Shown piece by piece: positions 14,737 through 29,332 of a stretch of 64,000 nucleotides of DNA (within the stretch, counting starts at the first letter, position 1; the number at the start of each line of letters is the position of its first letter). The notes beneath the pieces are model-generated. The model was not told the DNA's origin, made no database searches, and saw nothing but the letters and a program-made list of their open reading frames with translations. The position numbers and the translations under genes were made by a program. The DNA is from Eledone cirrhosa. Its lineage: Eukaryota. The stretch spans positions 300,452,001 through 300,516,000 of the forward strand of contig OZ024742.1 of the NCBI GenBank assembly GCA_964016885.1, written 5' to 3'.

Positions 14737-15120
14737 AGAGAGAGTATATGGTTTGTTTACCGACACCTTAGTATGCAGATTGGAGCACTCGACGAAATAC
14801 GCAGGCTGGTTTGTTTACTCCGGAGTAATGTAAAATAAGTAAGTCAAATATGTAAAATTTGGCTTCGTTTATTATAAATTATAAATTTACTGCTACATAT
14901 ATTTCGGTGACAGCCATTATTGGCTGTGACCTCTTTAGTCAGTCCGAATTGGTTTGGAAAAGACTGGTACACATGTTGTTGAAGTGTGTTTCACTCTGTC
15001 AATACATCGATATGTCCAGCTCCTGGGTGTGTTGTTATTCCTCCGAGGAACTGGAATCATATGGTTCGGACTGCCTGAAGAGGTCACAGCCAATGATGGC
15101 TGTCACCGATATATATATAG
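14737..15120 (-). mobile_element. Non-autonomous PLE-derived element with internal inversion; near-identical inverted copy at 40328-40700
   Basis: Same junction and same HHR-core mutations in both copies; relatives at 41310-41400 and 51898-52235. Confidence 0.8.
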
Positions 15121-15200
15121 CATTCCCTTTTCCAGCCTCACTTTCATATAGATTGCATTTTTGTTTTTAGAATCCATATTCAATAAACAAACCAGGATTT

Positions 15201-15258
15201 TTCATTCTGAGGATTGAAAGCAAAACCTTTTGCTTTTAAGAAACCACTGGTAAATGGA
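15201..15258 (+). ncRNA. Type I HHR of PLE1 pLTR (copies 19391-19448 +, 28323-28380 -; diverged 18012-18069 +)
   Basis: UUCAUU CUGAGGA UUGAAAGCAAAA-CC-UUUUGCUUUUAA GAAAC CACUG GUA^AAUGGA. Confidence 0.85.
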
Positions 15259-15478
15259 ATAATTGCCTTATGTTGTTTATTACATAATAATAATAATTAA
15301 GCTCTGTTGCATACATAGAGCACTCTTTTTTCCTGGACTTTTCCGATGGAATTACTTCATTTATACAGCTCCAACCGGGATTGATCGCAGCATATTCTAT
15401 ATTACATATACGATTGGCACTTTCCAGCCCGATTAGTTGAGCACTCTACAGTTTTCAGGAATTTAACCAACATACACC

Positions 15479-17611
15479 ATGGATCTTTATGATTTGGATT
15501 ATTCTATCAAAAACATACCCACTCCTTCCAACACAACATACACCAAAATCCTCATTGATAAAATCGAACAAGTCGTTAAAAGAATGAGATGGAAGGCAAT
15601 GGTTTACGATGGACTATTCAGTGCTGATACTAAAGATTGTTTTGACATCAAATCCCGTAAATATCCACCTAGAATTAAAGACATGGCCAACTTCGAATTA
15701 GACCTCGTTAATCTAATTAGTGATATCAAATTTCGTAAGTACAATAATAATTTTCAAACTAAACTTTCTAACGATATCTCTAATTTTAGAAATTCTACAA
15801 ACACTTTCGTTCTTTCTGATAAAACTAAAAACCTCTTTGAAGTTAATAGTAATTTGTATAACCAACTTTTAACTAATAGTATTACCAATAAATATCAATT
15901 AACTAATAATAATAGCTACAATACTATCAATAAAGAAGCTAAAGAACTAGCTAGTTCTTTACAAATAGATAACCGGATTGAAAGCTTAGCTAAGCGTAAA
16001 GAATATATTACCCTTAAAGACCATAAATTGGACTTTACTAATCGACCTAGTTGTAGACTGATTAACCCGGCTAAATCCGAGGTTGGCCTTGCTAGTAAGA
16101 AAATCTTAAGAAAAATAATTCTCCAAATTAGAACTAACACTGTCCTTTCACAGTGGCTAAATACTTCCTCTGTTATTTCTTGGTTCAATAATATACAAGG
16201 TAAAAATAAGTGTAGATTTACCCAATTTGATATTGTCGATTTTTACCCTTCTATTACTGTTTCCTTATTAACTAAAGCCTTAGATTTTGCAAGACCCTTC
16301 ATTAATATCTCCAAATTAGAAGAGGACATTATCTTTCATGCTAGAAAAACTTTACTTTTTACTAATGATAATATTTGGGTTAAAAAGTCAAACCCTGAAA
16401 ACTCTTTCGATGTTGCAATGGGTTCCTATGACAGTGCGGATGTGTGCGACTTAGTAGGATTATTCCTTCTCCACACACTCAAAGAGAAATTTCCGTTCCA
16501 TAATATCGGTTTATACCGTGATGACGGATTAGCAGTCTCTCAAACCACCAACGGCCATAATCTTGATAAATTCCGTAAAGATTTAATTAGTACTTTTGCT
16601 AATCTTAACCTTAAAATTACTATAGATACGAACCTTACTAATGCTAACTTTCTTGATATTAATCTTGATCTACTTACTGCCTCTTTTAAACCCTATCATA
16701 AACCTAATGAAAATCTTAGATATATACACAAAGAGTCTTGCCATCCCCCTATAGTTTTTAATAATCTTATTCCTAACATTAGCCGTAGGATTTCTACCTT
16801 ATCTTCGTCTATAGACATTTTTAATAAAGCCACCCCTTATTATAATAAAGCCCTTAAGAACAGCGGTTTTACAGAAAATATTTCTTATTTACCTACTCCC
16901 CCCCCTAAAACTAACCATAATAACAGGAAAAGGAAGATTATTTGGTTCACACCCCCCTTCTCTCTAAATGTCAAAACTAATGTAGGAAGGAAATTCCTTG
17001 AACTATTAGACAAACATTTTCCTCCTATTCATAGATATTATAAGATTTTTAATAGGAATGTAGTTAAGATCAGCTACTCTTGTTGCCCATCCATGAAGTC
17101 CAAAATCACCAGTTCAAACCGTACGAGGATAAATCCAGGATGCAGTTGCAGGAAGCCGGATGAATGCCCATTGCAGGGTAAATGTAACACAAAATCTGTC
17201 GTTTATGAGGCTAAGATAACGCCAGTTATCAACAACCAGCCAGCCAGAAGTGAGCGATATGTCGGTATGACCCAGGACAGGTTTAAAACCAGATGTTACT
17301 CACATGTCGCTTCTTTTAAACACTCAGATAAACGAACATCAACGGCCCTCGCAAGTAAGGTATGGGATCTCAAGGATAGTAATATCCCGTACTCTATTGA
17401 TTGGTCTATATTAGACCATTCGAGGGAGTACCAAAGGGGCACAAAGAATTGTTCTTTGTGTACCACAGAAAAGTATAGGATTTTGCTAAACTTGAGAGCC
17501 ACTTCCGCTTGCCTTAACTCAAAGACTGAGATCTTCAGATGCTGTCCTCATCTGAAATCGCATCTGATCTGTAACTGGATTGACACTCCTACGATAAATC
17601 AACCGCCTTGA
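15479..17611 (+). CDS. PLE reverse transcriptase + GIY-YIG endonuclease, 710 aa (Naiad-like)
   Basis: YSIKNIP N-terminus, [35 protein letters not shown], linker CSC..CPL.G.C, VVY..YVG..FK.R...H, CSLC..EK, C.H; no internal stop. Confidence 0.93.
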   Translation: MDLYDLDYSIKNIPTPSNTTYTKILIDKIEQVVKRMRWKAMVYDGLFSADTKDCFDIKSRKYPPRIKDMANFELDLVNLISDIKFRKYNNNFQTKLSNDISNFRNSTNTFVLSDKTKNLFEVNSNLYNQLLTNSITNKYQLTNNNSYNTINKEAKELASSLQIDNRIESLAKRKEYITLKDHKLDFTNRPSCRLINPAKSEVGLASKKILRKIILQIRTNTVLSQWLNTSSVISWFNNIQGKNKCRFTQFDIVDFYPSITVSLLTKALDFARPFINISKLEEDIIFHARKTLLFTNDNIWVKKSNPENSFDVAMGSYDSADVCDLVGLFLLHTLKEKFPFHNIGLYRDDGLAVSQTTNGHNLDKFRKDLISTFANLNLKITIDTNLTNANFLDINLDLLTASFKPYHKPNENLRYIHKESCHPPIVFNNLIPNISRRISTLSSSIDIFNKATPYYNKALKNSGFTENISYLPTPPPKTNHNNRKRKIIWFTPPFSLNVKTNVGRKFLELLDKHFPPIHRYYKIFNRNVVKISYSCCPSMKSKITSSNRTRINPGCSCRKPDECPLQGKCNTKSVVYEAKITPVINNQPARSERYVGMTQDRFKTRCYSHVASFKHSDKRTSTALASKVWDLKDSNIPYSIDWSILDHSREYQRGTKNCSLCTTEKYRILLNLRATSACLNSKTEIFRCCPHLKSHLICNWIDTPTINQPP

Positions 17612-17850
17612 ACTCCTTCTCTGCTCTTTACTTTTGCTACGGTTTTTATTTTGCTGATTCTACCTTCTGTACTCTTGTATATGTAAAAAATTTTTCTCCC
17701 TTACCTCCCCTTATATTTTTACCTCCTCTTAGCCCCCCCCCCATATATTCTTTTTGTTTTGCCCTTCACATACCTATGTGTATGTGTATGTATTTTTGTG
17801 TGTATATATATATGTGTATATATGTATATATGTATGTATATATTTGTGTG

Positions 17851-17906
<56 letters not shown>

Positions 17907-18216
17907 TGTATATGTATATGTATATATATATATATATGTATATATATGTGTGTGTGCGTGTGTGTATGTGTGTATGTATATGTATGTATATGTGGATAAA
18001 CCAGGCTTTTTTTCATTCTGAAGATTGAAGGAAACTTTTTTTGCTTTTAAGAAACCTCTGGTGAATGGATTAATTGCCTTGTATGGCTTTATTACTTTAC
18101 TACTATTTATACGTTTATGTAAGGTTCATTTGTCTTATCTAATACTGAGCTTTACACATACACACATGTATATGTGTGTGTGTATGTGTATGCATGTGTG
18201 TATATATATGTGTATA

Positions 18217-18275
<59 letters not shown>

Positions 18276-18495
18276 GTATATATGTGTATGTGTATGTGTA
18301 TGTATGTATATGTGTGCGTGTGTATTTATTTATTTTTATGTATGTGTGGGTGTATGTGTGTGTGTGTGTGTTTGTATTTGGTTGTGCGTGCTTTTGATAT
18401 ATACGTATTTGCATGTGTATAATTGCTTAGTTATGTATGTATATGTGTGTTTACGTATTTATATGTGTGTGTGCGTTTATATTTTTATATTTTTG

Positions 18496-18568
<73 letters not shown>

Positions 18569-18961
18569 ATATAATTACATATACATGTGTGTGTTTATAT
18601 TATATACGTGTACGTGTTTGTGTATGTATGTGTATGTACGTGTTTATGTATTTGTATATGTATATTTATGTGTGAGAGTGTGTGTATGTGTTTACTATTT
18701 CGTACGTATGTATATGTGCTTTTGTGTGTATTACTTACCACGCGTGTCTGTCCTGTTAGCTGGGGCATGTATCGCTGTCAAAAATTTGTTAATATATATT
18801 TATATTTTTTTCTTATATTTATTTGCGTGTGTGAATATGTAGTGGAGTGCATTCATGTATGTGTATGTATGTACGTTGTATGTTTGTGTGAATGTATGTA
18901 TGTGTATATATATGTGTGTGTGTATTGTATGCTTGTACACACACACATGTGTGTGTGTGTT

Positions 18962-19004
<43 letters not shown>

Positions 19005-19031
19005 ATGTACATGTATATATATGTGTGTGTA

Positions 19032-19092
<61 letters not shown>

Positions 19093-19534
19093 ATGAATGT
19101 ATGTATGTGTATATGTGTGTATATATGTGTATGTGTGTGTAGGTGTACGCTTTATATATATATATATACGCTTTATATATATATATATGTGTGTGTGTAT
19201 GTGTGTATACGTGCATTTATATATATGTATATATGTATGTGTGTGTAAGTATGCTTTTGTGTTTTTTTGTGTGTGTTTGCATGTGTAGTTTTATTTTATT
19301 TTTCCTTTCCTTCTCCCTTTTCCAGCCTCACTTTCATATAGATTACATTTTTGTTTTTAGAATCCATATTCAATAAACAAACCAGGATTTTTCATTCTGA
19401 GGATTGAAAGCAAAACCTTTTGCTTTTAAGAAACCACTGGTAAATGGAATAATTGCCTTATGTTGTTTATTACATAATAATAATATATATATAGTTTGCG
19501 AGATTTTTTATATGAAATCGTGTGTCGAAACAAA

Positions 19535-21704
19535 TATTGTTATACTTGGGGGGGGGGGGGGGGGGAGGTTATATTTGTGTAATATTGCCAGAATTAATAA
19601 CAGAACACACTCACTGTTTGGTTGGTTTTCGCTTTTCGCTTCTGTGTCTTTTATATCGGTAATTTAATTTATTCGGTCCTCAATGTTGCCATTGACTGAC
19701 CAACGGTCAAAAACACAGATACAATATAGACACAAACACATATATATAGTTTATCAAAGTTATTTCGTTGTACATCTGCAACATCGTCAGTGGTGCTATT
19801 GTTTCCTCCCGTTGCATTGTATTTTCTACGCCATCTTTATTTAGTCTGTTTATATATTTATTTATTTGTTTATTTTATTGTCTTCTTTGCGCATGCGTTT
19901 GCGTGTGTGTATAGTGTTTTGTTTGATGTGTGTTCGTGATTGGGTGACTGTGTATTGGTTAGTGTATTCTATCTTTACTAGTGTGTGTTTATATGTGTTT
20001 GTTGTTATTGTGCTTGTGTATGTATTTATCTATTTATCTATTTATTTATTTATTTATACTTCTCTTAGGTCAGTGTTGTTTGTTTGGGTGCTGTTGTTAT
20101 TCCATTCATTTTTTCTGTTTAGCTTTGGCCTTCTAAGTTCTATTTCACTGGCCTCTCTGATTTGCCTATATGCTGGGTCATTTCTATGTTTAGATATTAT
20201 TCTAATTTCTATTTTGTCTATGTTACCGTCGTGTTGTTGTCTGGTATGTTCGTATAGTACTGACCCGTTTTTTCGTCCTTTTAGTTCCTCCCAGTGCTGG
20301 TCTATCCTTTCACCTATGCTACGAGCTGTCTCGTCTATGTATGTTGTTGTCATGTTTCTGCAAGTACCCTCTGTACATCTTATGCTATAGACTACATTTC
20401 TAGTTTTACAGTTTATCCGGGGGTTTACCTTACATATGATACATTTCCTATTAGTACAGTGGGTTTTCTTAAAAGGGTAGGTTTTGCTGATCAGGTATTT
20501 TATGGTGGTTCCTGGCTTTTCTACCACCTTAATCTTTAAGTGGGTCTTTCTCAGGGCCTTTCTACACTGGTTAGCTAATTTCCCTCCAGGGGTAGCGTCC
20601 ACAAACATGACACTCTGGTATCTCTGGTTGTCGTACCATGAGGTGGCTTTCCATATCTTATGTCTAGCCCTATCTAAGCTATTCCATGATTTGCTCCTGT
20701 ATAATGGGCAAATTCCTTTCATGTCCTGTTCTATGACGGTCTTATACTTCTCCATGGCTCCTTCGTATACTCTGACTCTGTCTCTTTGGTTGTAGCCAGA
20801 GAACTGCATGCGGTTGATGAAGTGTTGGATGTGTCTTTCCATTTCTGTTGGGTCGCACACGCGGGACACATTCTTCATCACTCGTACCAAGTCTGCGATC
20901 AGAATATTAAACTTAGCACTACTGGACATTGCAGAGTTTTTGAGTATCAGGTATTTGGAGGCCATGGGTTTAGCATAGTGTGAGTGGAGAATTTGGGATT
21001 TCTCGTCTATAGTGTTAATCCAGAGTTCCGTGTCTAATACAGGTAGTCTATTGTTAGGGTGTTTGGAAGGGTAGTCGATAGTTACAGTTATACTCTGGTG
21101 TATGGAATTAGCTATCTGCTGGATGCTTTCCATTGTGCTACGTTCTAAATCAAAGTTGTTAGTGCTCTCTTGTGGGGATGTTCTTATAACTATATTGATA
21201 TCGTCTACGTAACGAGAGTACATGATGAGGTCTATGGAGCTCTCATTAGGCAGATCTTTAAGTCTCCTTTCCCACCATATCATAAAAAGGTTGGCAACGT
21301 CACCAGCTATGCTGATGCCAATGGCTGCTCCCTCATTTTGGTTGTAGATCTTCTCGTTGAACGTGAATATGTGGCCCTTTAGGGTAGTTTTGATACTAGC
21401 CCCTATCATCGTTTTTGGGGGTCCGTATAGTTTTGGTCCACCCAATCCACCTTCCCATGGGAGTCTTTTTAGCCATTGAGGTTATGGTGGGGTGTCTACC
21501 TCGTATGGGTCTACTGGGTTTGTGTCTATATTGTATCTGTGTTTTTGACCGTTGGTCAGTCAATGGCAACATTGAGGACCGAATAAATTAAATTATCGAT
21601 ATAAAAGACACAGAAGCGAAAAGCGAAAACCAACCAAACAGTGAGTGTGTTCTGTTATTAATTCTGGCAATATTACACAAATATGACCCTCTCCAAGTAT
21701 AACA

Positions 21705-21706
<2 letters not shown>
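19535..21706 (-). mobile_element. Penelope-like element 2, 5'-deleted, with ~190-bp inverted termini (19535-19738 / 21519-21706)
   Basis: Inverted repeat read directly; encloses an RT-EN ORF. Confidence 0.85.
20054..21445 (-). pseudogene. Truncated PLE RT + GIY-YIG ORF (463 aa)
   Basis: FTFNEKIYNQNEGAAIG, YSRYVDD, LPVLD, C..C..C linker, VVY..YIDET.R...R..QH (YIG->YID), R.I.EA, LN; N-terminal RT motifs missing. Confidence 0.85.
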
Positions 21707-21765
<59 letters not shown>

Positions 21766-22010
21766 GTAATAATAAAAAATTGAAGCCTAAATTCCAAAGA
21801 GGGCTCGATAAGGATAAATATATATCAGTTTCAGAACATCCCGTTAAGGGTGAAAGCAGCGATTCTTTGCTTAAACTTTAATCTGTTATTTTAATAAATA
21901 TAAATAAATATATATAAGCTAAATTTTAAACATTTGACTTTTTATTTAATTTTATTTTATATATGTATGTATATATATAATAAGGAGTTGACGGACCCAG
22001 CATATTTATC

Positions 22011-22084
<74 letters not shown>

Positions 22085-22378
22085 GATAAATATGCTGGAT
22101 CCGTCAACTCCTTATTATATATATACATACATATATAAGATAAAGTTAAATAAAAAGTCAAATGTTTAAAATTTAGCTTCGTCGAGTGCTCCAGCCTGAG
22201 ATAGTGGTTTGTTTACTTTAGTAAGTCATAGTGTTAAGAGTAAGTAAAAAGATGGAGAGAGAGAGAGAGAGAAACGTGGAGAAAAAGAAAGGGAAAGATA
22301 GATAAAGAAAAAGAAGAAAGCAAAAAGAAAAGAGAACAGAGGAAAAATAACGGGGGGAAAAAACTGTTATATATTGTA

Positions 22379-22439
22379 TTTTGTCTGATGAAGGCATACC
22401 ATGATTTAACTTGGTATCCTTGAAATATATATAATGAAA
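22379..22439 (+). ncRNA. Type I HHR with (UA)n stem III (family copies 46501-46564 -, 47621-47684 +, 52752-52811 -)
   Basis: UUUUGU CUGAUGA AGG.AUACCA..UGGUAUCCUU GAAA UAUAUAUA^AUGAAA; stem II sequence varies between copies while pairing is kept. Confidence 0.8.
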
Positions 22440-22477
22440 TAACTATGGTTTTATAAATATAGTTTCCATTTATTAAT

Positions 22478-22533
<56 letters not shown>

Positions 22534-22558
22534 CATACATACATATATATATACATAC

Positions 22559-22591
<33 letters not shown>

Positions 22592-22594
22592 CAT

Positions 22595-22629
<35 letters not shown>

Positions 22630-22632
22630 CAT

Positions 22633-22695
<63 letters not shown>

Positions 22696-22698
22696 CAT

Positions 22699-22765
<67 letters not shown>

Positions 22766-22816
22766 TGGGATTAAACATCGGTAAGAGAGTTTTTTTATAT
22801 CGATGTTTGACGGGCA

Positions 22817-22924
22817 TCCACTGATGATTTATAAGTGCCCACCTACGAATGTGTGAAGGCTTCTACATAACCCGGACACATTCTCCCAACTTGTAGATAA
22901 CTTATAATGAAACAATTGTTTGGA
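22817..22924 (+). ncRNA. Type I HHR with long stem II
   Basis: UCCA CUGAUGA UUUAUAAGU...ACUUAUAAU GAAAC AAUU GUU^UGGA. Confidence 0.7.
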
Positions 22925-23140
22925 AAAGGAGATATATTTTAATTATGTCTCATATAAAATAATACTACTGGCCTTCCGCAAAATACATATAGTTAGCACC
23001 CCAAACGTAAAATTTGGATTATACTAAGGTATATCCTAATGTTAGTTGAGTGAGATGGAAGCCAGTCAGAGTAAAGCTTAAAGCTTTCTCTGTTAATGTA
23101 TTGTATATATACATATATATATAAACATATATATATATAT

Positions 23141-23234
<94 letters not shown>

Positions 23235-24440
23235 AGGAGGTGACTTTTATTGTAGTACAATAAAGCAATGCAGATATCGGATAAGAAGCACTCTACAGTT
23301 TGTAGGACTGGAGTATGCATAATATAAGATCAAAAGATGGTTAAAGGAGTTCCATATATTTTATTATGCGCATTTCAAAAACAAACATCATCATGCAATA
23401 ATATTTGTGTTTTCATCAGATAAAACAGGAGAACATGATATGAAGGCTAAAAAATACTTGTGGATAGTGCAGTTTTAAATCAACATATGAAAAGTGGTTT
23501 TAGATTGATGTGTGATATTGGGAAAAATATTTTATTTAGAGAGGGGGTGGGGGTGGAAAGGATGAAAAGGGAAGGAGATGAGAGGGAGAGATGGGTGATA
23601 GAGAGAAAGAGATAGTTTTTATAACTGAGAGGAGATATATTTTTTACATAGAGGGGTTGAAAACCGTTGGAAGATACTGTATAAATTAAAAATTTTGAAA
23701 ATTAACGAAGGGAGGATATGTGCGAGAAAAAAATATTTTATTTAGGGAGGGTGGGGTGGAAAGGATGAAAAAAAGGGGGGAGGAGATGAGAGTGAAGGTG
23801 GAGAGGGAGAGATGGGTGATAGAGAGAAAGAGATAGTTTTTATAACTGAGAAAAAGATATATTGTTTTAACATAGAGAGGTTGGGAACCGTTGGAAGATA
23901 ATGTATAAATTAAAGGAATTTGAAAATTAACGAAGGGAAATTATGTATGAAGATAGAGAGAAAAAAATAATAATTGTGGATGAATATTCTAACGTCAAAA
24001 AAGAAATGTATGTATTGTGGCAATTTCAAAATTAACGAAGAGAAAAATTATTAAGGTTTGTGTGTAGAAGGATTTGAGAAAAATAATGTGAAGTTAAAGT
24101 TTGTATATTGATTGAATTGATAATATATGCGAATAAAGAGTTAATATGTATTAATAATGAGTTCGTTGATGGGGAGAAAAAAATAATAATAAATTAAGGA
24201 TGAAATTGAGATTAAAAAGATTTATGATAGAGAGAAAAAATAATAATGATTGCGGATGAATATTCTAACGTCAAAACAAATGTTATGATTTTACAAGGAG
24301 AAGATAGAATGAGGGTAATGAGTAAACAAGTATTATAGAGTGTATAATGCCCTTTAAAGTAAGGTAGATGGGTATATTTTAAAGAGGTGTATGTATATGT
24401 GCCTTTGAGAAAAGATTCTAAATTGATAAAGAATTGAATA

Positions 24441-26740
24441 TTAACTGTATACTTTGTGAAAAGTTCTATGGAATTTATGCAGGCAGATAGAAAACAAATC
24501 TGTGCGTCTATTTATTATAGAATCTAGGTTAGAGATAATGGTAAATTTTTCATTTAGGCAGAGATTACAGATTTTAGATAGAGAGCTGTTCAAGTATGAG
24601 GATGCAGAAGAAATCTTCTTCCAAAAGATGGTATATTTAATGTTTTTGTCTTTTAAGGACCATATGAGTTCTGAGAGAGCAGTGTTAGTTCTTTTAAGTT
24701 TGTATTTGAAAGATGAATGATGATTATAGAGACGAGCTTTAAAAGAGGTGGAAGTGGAGCCAAAATAGGTGAAGGAATTGGTGCTAGTTATAATTTTACA
24801 TTCATAAATTAAGTTTTTATCGAGACAATGGTTGTTGAGAGGACATTTATTTTTAATGCGGCAGTTGCAATTAGAGAGATTATTAATGAGTGATCTAGTG
24901 TTATCTATAGAAGGAATTGGATTGGAGAAGTTGTTTGCGATAGGAATAATAGGAATAATAGTTTCTTGATTTAGAGTTGGATTATGAACATTTAGCGAAG
25001 TTGTGTTTGACGTTGTATTTGGGTTTACAGAAGTTAGCCTAGGGTTTACAATGACGTCGGGAGTACTATTACTGTTATTATGAAATTCAATATTGGAAGG
25101 AAGAGATTTAGTATTTAGTATTTTATTGTTGTGTTTAGAGATGATGTTGAAAATATTGGAGGATGTAGAATACGAAAATTTGATGGTGTGTTTGTTAAAT
25201 ATTTTACTATAGATATGTGAGGGAGGGAAGCATTTATTTAAGGCACTAAAAAATAATTTAGGAATATTGTTATTAATAGAGATGGAGAAAGGAGCATTAT
25301 ACCAGATTATGTTTTTGTATCTAGGTCTTTTATTAAAATTATTGGAATGGTCAAGATTAATTATTCTACTGTAAGTTTTCCTAGAATTTGTTTCTTTATT
25401 ATATTTGATTTTATCTGGATAGCCGGCTTTAGAAAGTGCGTTATTATAGTAATTGGCGTTAGTATCAAAGATGTTTTTATTAGAAGATATGTTAGATATT
25501 CTATTTCCAATATTATTAACTATAGCATTCTTGATATTGGTAGGATGGTTAGATTTAAAGTTAACATAATTAAGGTTCTCATTGTTTTTATGGTAAGGGT
25601 AATATAGGCCAGTGTCAAGACTAAGAGATACATCCAAGAAATTAGCTAGTTTGATACTATTATCAAATTCAATTTTTAGGTTATGTTGGTTAAAGAGATT
25701 ACGTATATTGTTCTTAATAATATTAAGGTTAACTATATTGCAATTTAGGATAGTAAAGAGTCCATCGTCACGATAAATTCCACCGCGAAGTTGAGGAATT
25801 TTCCGACTCAAAGAGTTCAAAATGAAGATACCAATTAAATCAGTCAATTGGGATGAATCGGATGCTCCCATTGTGATGTCGAAGTTGTTAGAGGTATCGG
25901 CTCTGGTCCAATATTCGTTGTTGAACTCTAGGATGGTTTTACGTGCGGTGAGGATGATGTGAAGTTCATCTGTGGTGATGTCAGAATATTTAAGTGCGAA
26001 AGATAGAGCATTATTGAGAAGTGAAGGCGAAATGGAGGAATAGTAGCTGGCAATATCAAATTGAATACATTTTAGTTTGTTTTTATTATCCAATTTGTTG
26101 AACCAGCCAATCACTTCAGAAGTACCAAACCATAAATTTAGGTTCAAAGAAGAGCAATTAGAACTAACCTGTGGGATAATTCTATCCAAGATGGCTTTAC
26201 TAACAACCCCCCGGGGGGATTTAGAGGGGGCGATTAATCTAACAGGTAGTTCAGTGCGAAAATTGTTTTTGTGATCCTTGAGATTTATCCTCGGAGTTCT
26301 TGGGAGGAATGGTTCGGTCTTTTTTTCAATGCCAAGTTTTGACATAATCTCATAGGCTTCAAGGTTTATGCATTCTAAATTTTCATGGTTGGTTTTACGA
26401 TACTTTTTCCTAAGTTCCTTTAGGATAAGGTTGTTATAATTATCCTTCGAAATACCATATAGGTTATTGGTTTTGTCAGAGTGGACTAAAACATTTTTTG
26501 AGGAATTTAGGTTAGTGATTGTGTTCTTGAGATTTACAAGGTGCTCTTGTCCTTTGTAAGGGTATCTCATGAATTTAAGATTTTTTATTATTTTAGTTAA
26601 TTCTTCCTCGAATTGTACTAGATTTTTGTTGGAAGGAGGATTTCGTCTAGAATTAAAAAGATGATCGAGGAAGTTGTGTTCTTTGGTATGAAAGTTCCCT
26701 TTTAGGCGCTGGTCATAGAAATAGGCTGTCCATCTAAGTC
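24441..26740 (-). CDS. PLE RT + GIY-YIG ORF (Naiad-like), open from LRWTAYF to stop; the first ~27 aa of the tracked 792-aa ORF are antisense pLTR read-through
   Basis: NLKDHK, VRLIAPSKS, FDIASYYSSI, MGASD, YRDDG, CNC..CPL..HC, LIY..YFG..FKARL..H, CNLC..EK, CLH. Confidence 0.9.
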
Positions 26741-27883
26741 TATCTAAAATCTGTAATCTCTGCCTAAATGAAAAATTTACCATTATCTCTAACCTAGATT
26801 CTATAATAAATAGACGCACAGATTTGTTTTCTATCTGCCTGCATAAATTCCATAGAACTTTTCACAAAGTATACAGTTAATATTCAATTCTTTATCAATT
26901 TAGAATCTTTTCTCAAAGGCACATATACATACACCTCTTTAAAATATACCCATCTACTTTACTTTAAAGGGCATTATACACTCTATAATACTTGTTTACT
27001 CATTACCCTCATTCTATCTTCTCCTTGTAAAATCATAACATTTGTTTTGACGTTAGAATATTCATCCGCAATCATTATTATTTTTTCTCTCTATCATAAA
27101 TCTTTTTAATCTCAATTTCATCCTTAATTTATTATTATTTTTTCTCCCCATCAACGAACTCATTATTAATACATATTAACTCTTTATTCGCATATATTAT
27201 CAATTCAATCAATATACAAACTTTAACTTTACATTATTTTTCTCAAATCCTTCTACACACAAACCTTAATAATTTTTCTCTTCGTTAATTTTGAAATTGC
27301 CACAATACATACATTTCTTTTTTGACGTTAGAATATTCATCCACAATTATTATTTTTTTCTCTCTATCTTCATACATAATTTCCCTTCGTTAATTTTCAA
27401 ATTCCTTTAATTTATACATTATCTTCCAACGGTTCCAAACCTCTCTATGTTAAAACAATATATCTTTTTCTCAGTTATAAAAACTATCTCTTTCTCTCTA
27501 TCACCCATCTCTCCCTCTCCACCTTCACTCTCATCTCCTCCCCCTTTTTTTCATCCTCCCCCCCCTCCCTAAATAAAATATTTTTTCCTCTCACATATCC
27601 TCCCTTCGTTAATTTTCAAAATTTTTAATTTATACAGTATCTTCCAACGGTTTTCAACCTCTCTATGTAAAAAATATATCTCCTCTCAGTTATAAAAACT
27701 ATCTCTTTCTCTCTATCACCCATCTCTCCCTCTCATCTCCTTCCCTTTTCATCCTCCCCCCCCCCCTCTCTAAATAAAATATTTTTCCCAATATCACACA
27801 TCAATCTAAAACCACTTTTCATATGTTGATTTAAAACTGCACTATCCACAAGTGTTTTTTAGCCTTCATATCATGTTCTCCTG

Positions 27884-27950
27884 TTTTATCTGATGAAAAC
27901 ACAAATATTATTGCATGATGATGTTTGTTTTTGAAATGCGCATAATAAAA
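27884..27950 (+). ncRNA. Type I HHR of PLE3/4 family (copies 23359-23425 -, 53463-53529 -, 56705-56771 +)
   Basis: UUUUAU CUGAUGA AAACACAAAUAUUAU..AUGAUGUUUGUUUUU GAAA UGCGC AUA^AUAAAA; palindromic stem III AUGCGCAU. Confidence 0.88.
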
Positions 27951-27982
27951 TATATGGAACTCCTTTAACCATCTTTTGATCT

Positions 27983-28093
<111 letters not shown>

Positions 28094-28094
28094 C

Positions 28095-29332
<1,238 letters not shown>

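Larger units (their letters stand above)
15121..19487 (+). mobile_element. Penelope-like element 1, apparently full length, direct pseudo-LTRs (about 15123-15296 and 19313-19484)
   Basis: Identical ~170-bp HHR-bearing termini flank 5' UTR, ORF and 3' UTR; ends in (TA)n. Confidence 0.9.

Noticed and set aside
15479-17611. Selenocysteine recoding, reported for some Naiad PLEs
   Set aside because: No in-frame TGA in these ORFs; conserved Cys positions are ordinary Cys; the terminal TGA follows a complete C-terminus.
17608-19376. Many long YI/CV/HT-rich ORFs here and at 22234-22817, 27965-29416, 35638-36110, 43041-43586, 52266-52710, 59067-59732
   Set aside because: Translations of stop-free (TA)n/(TG)n/(CA)n microsatellites; not genes.
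19745-19795. HHR-like core CUGACGA..GUUG/CAAC GAAA on the minus strand in the PLE2 3' UTR
   Set aside because: No convincing stem I or stem III; not called.
26741-26819. N-terminus of the 792-aa ORF (likewise 54043-54114 and 29823-29917)
   Set aside because: Antisense read-through of the inverted pLTR, not the native N-terminus.
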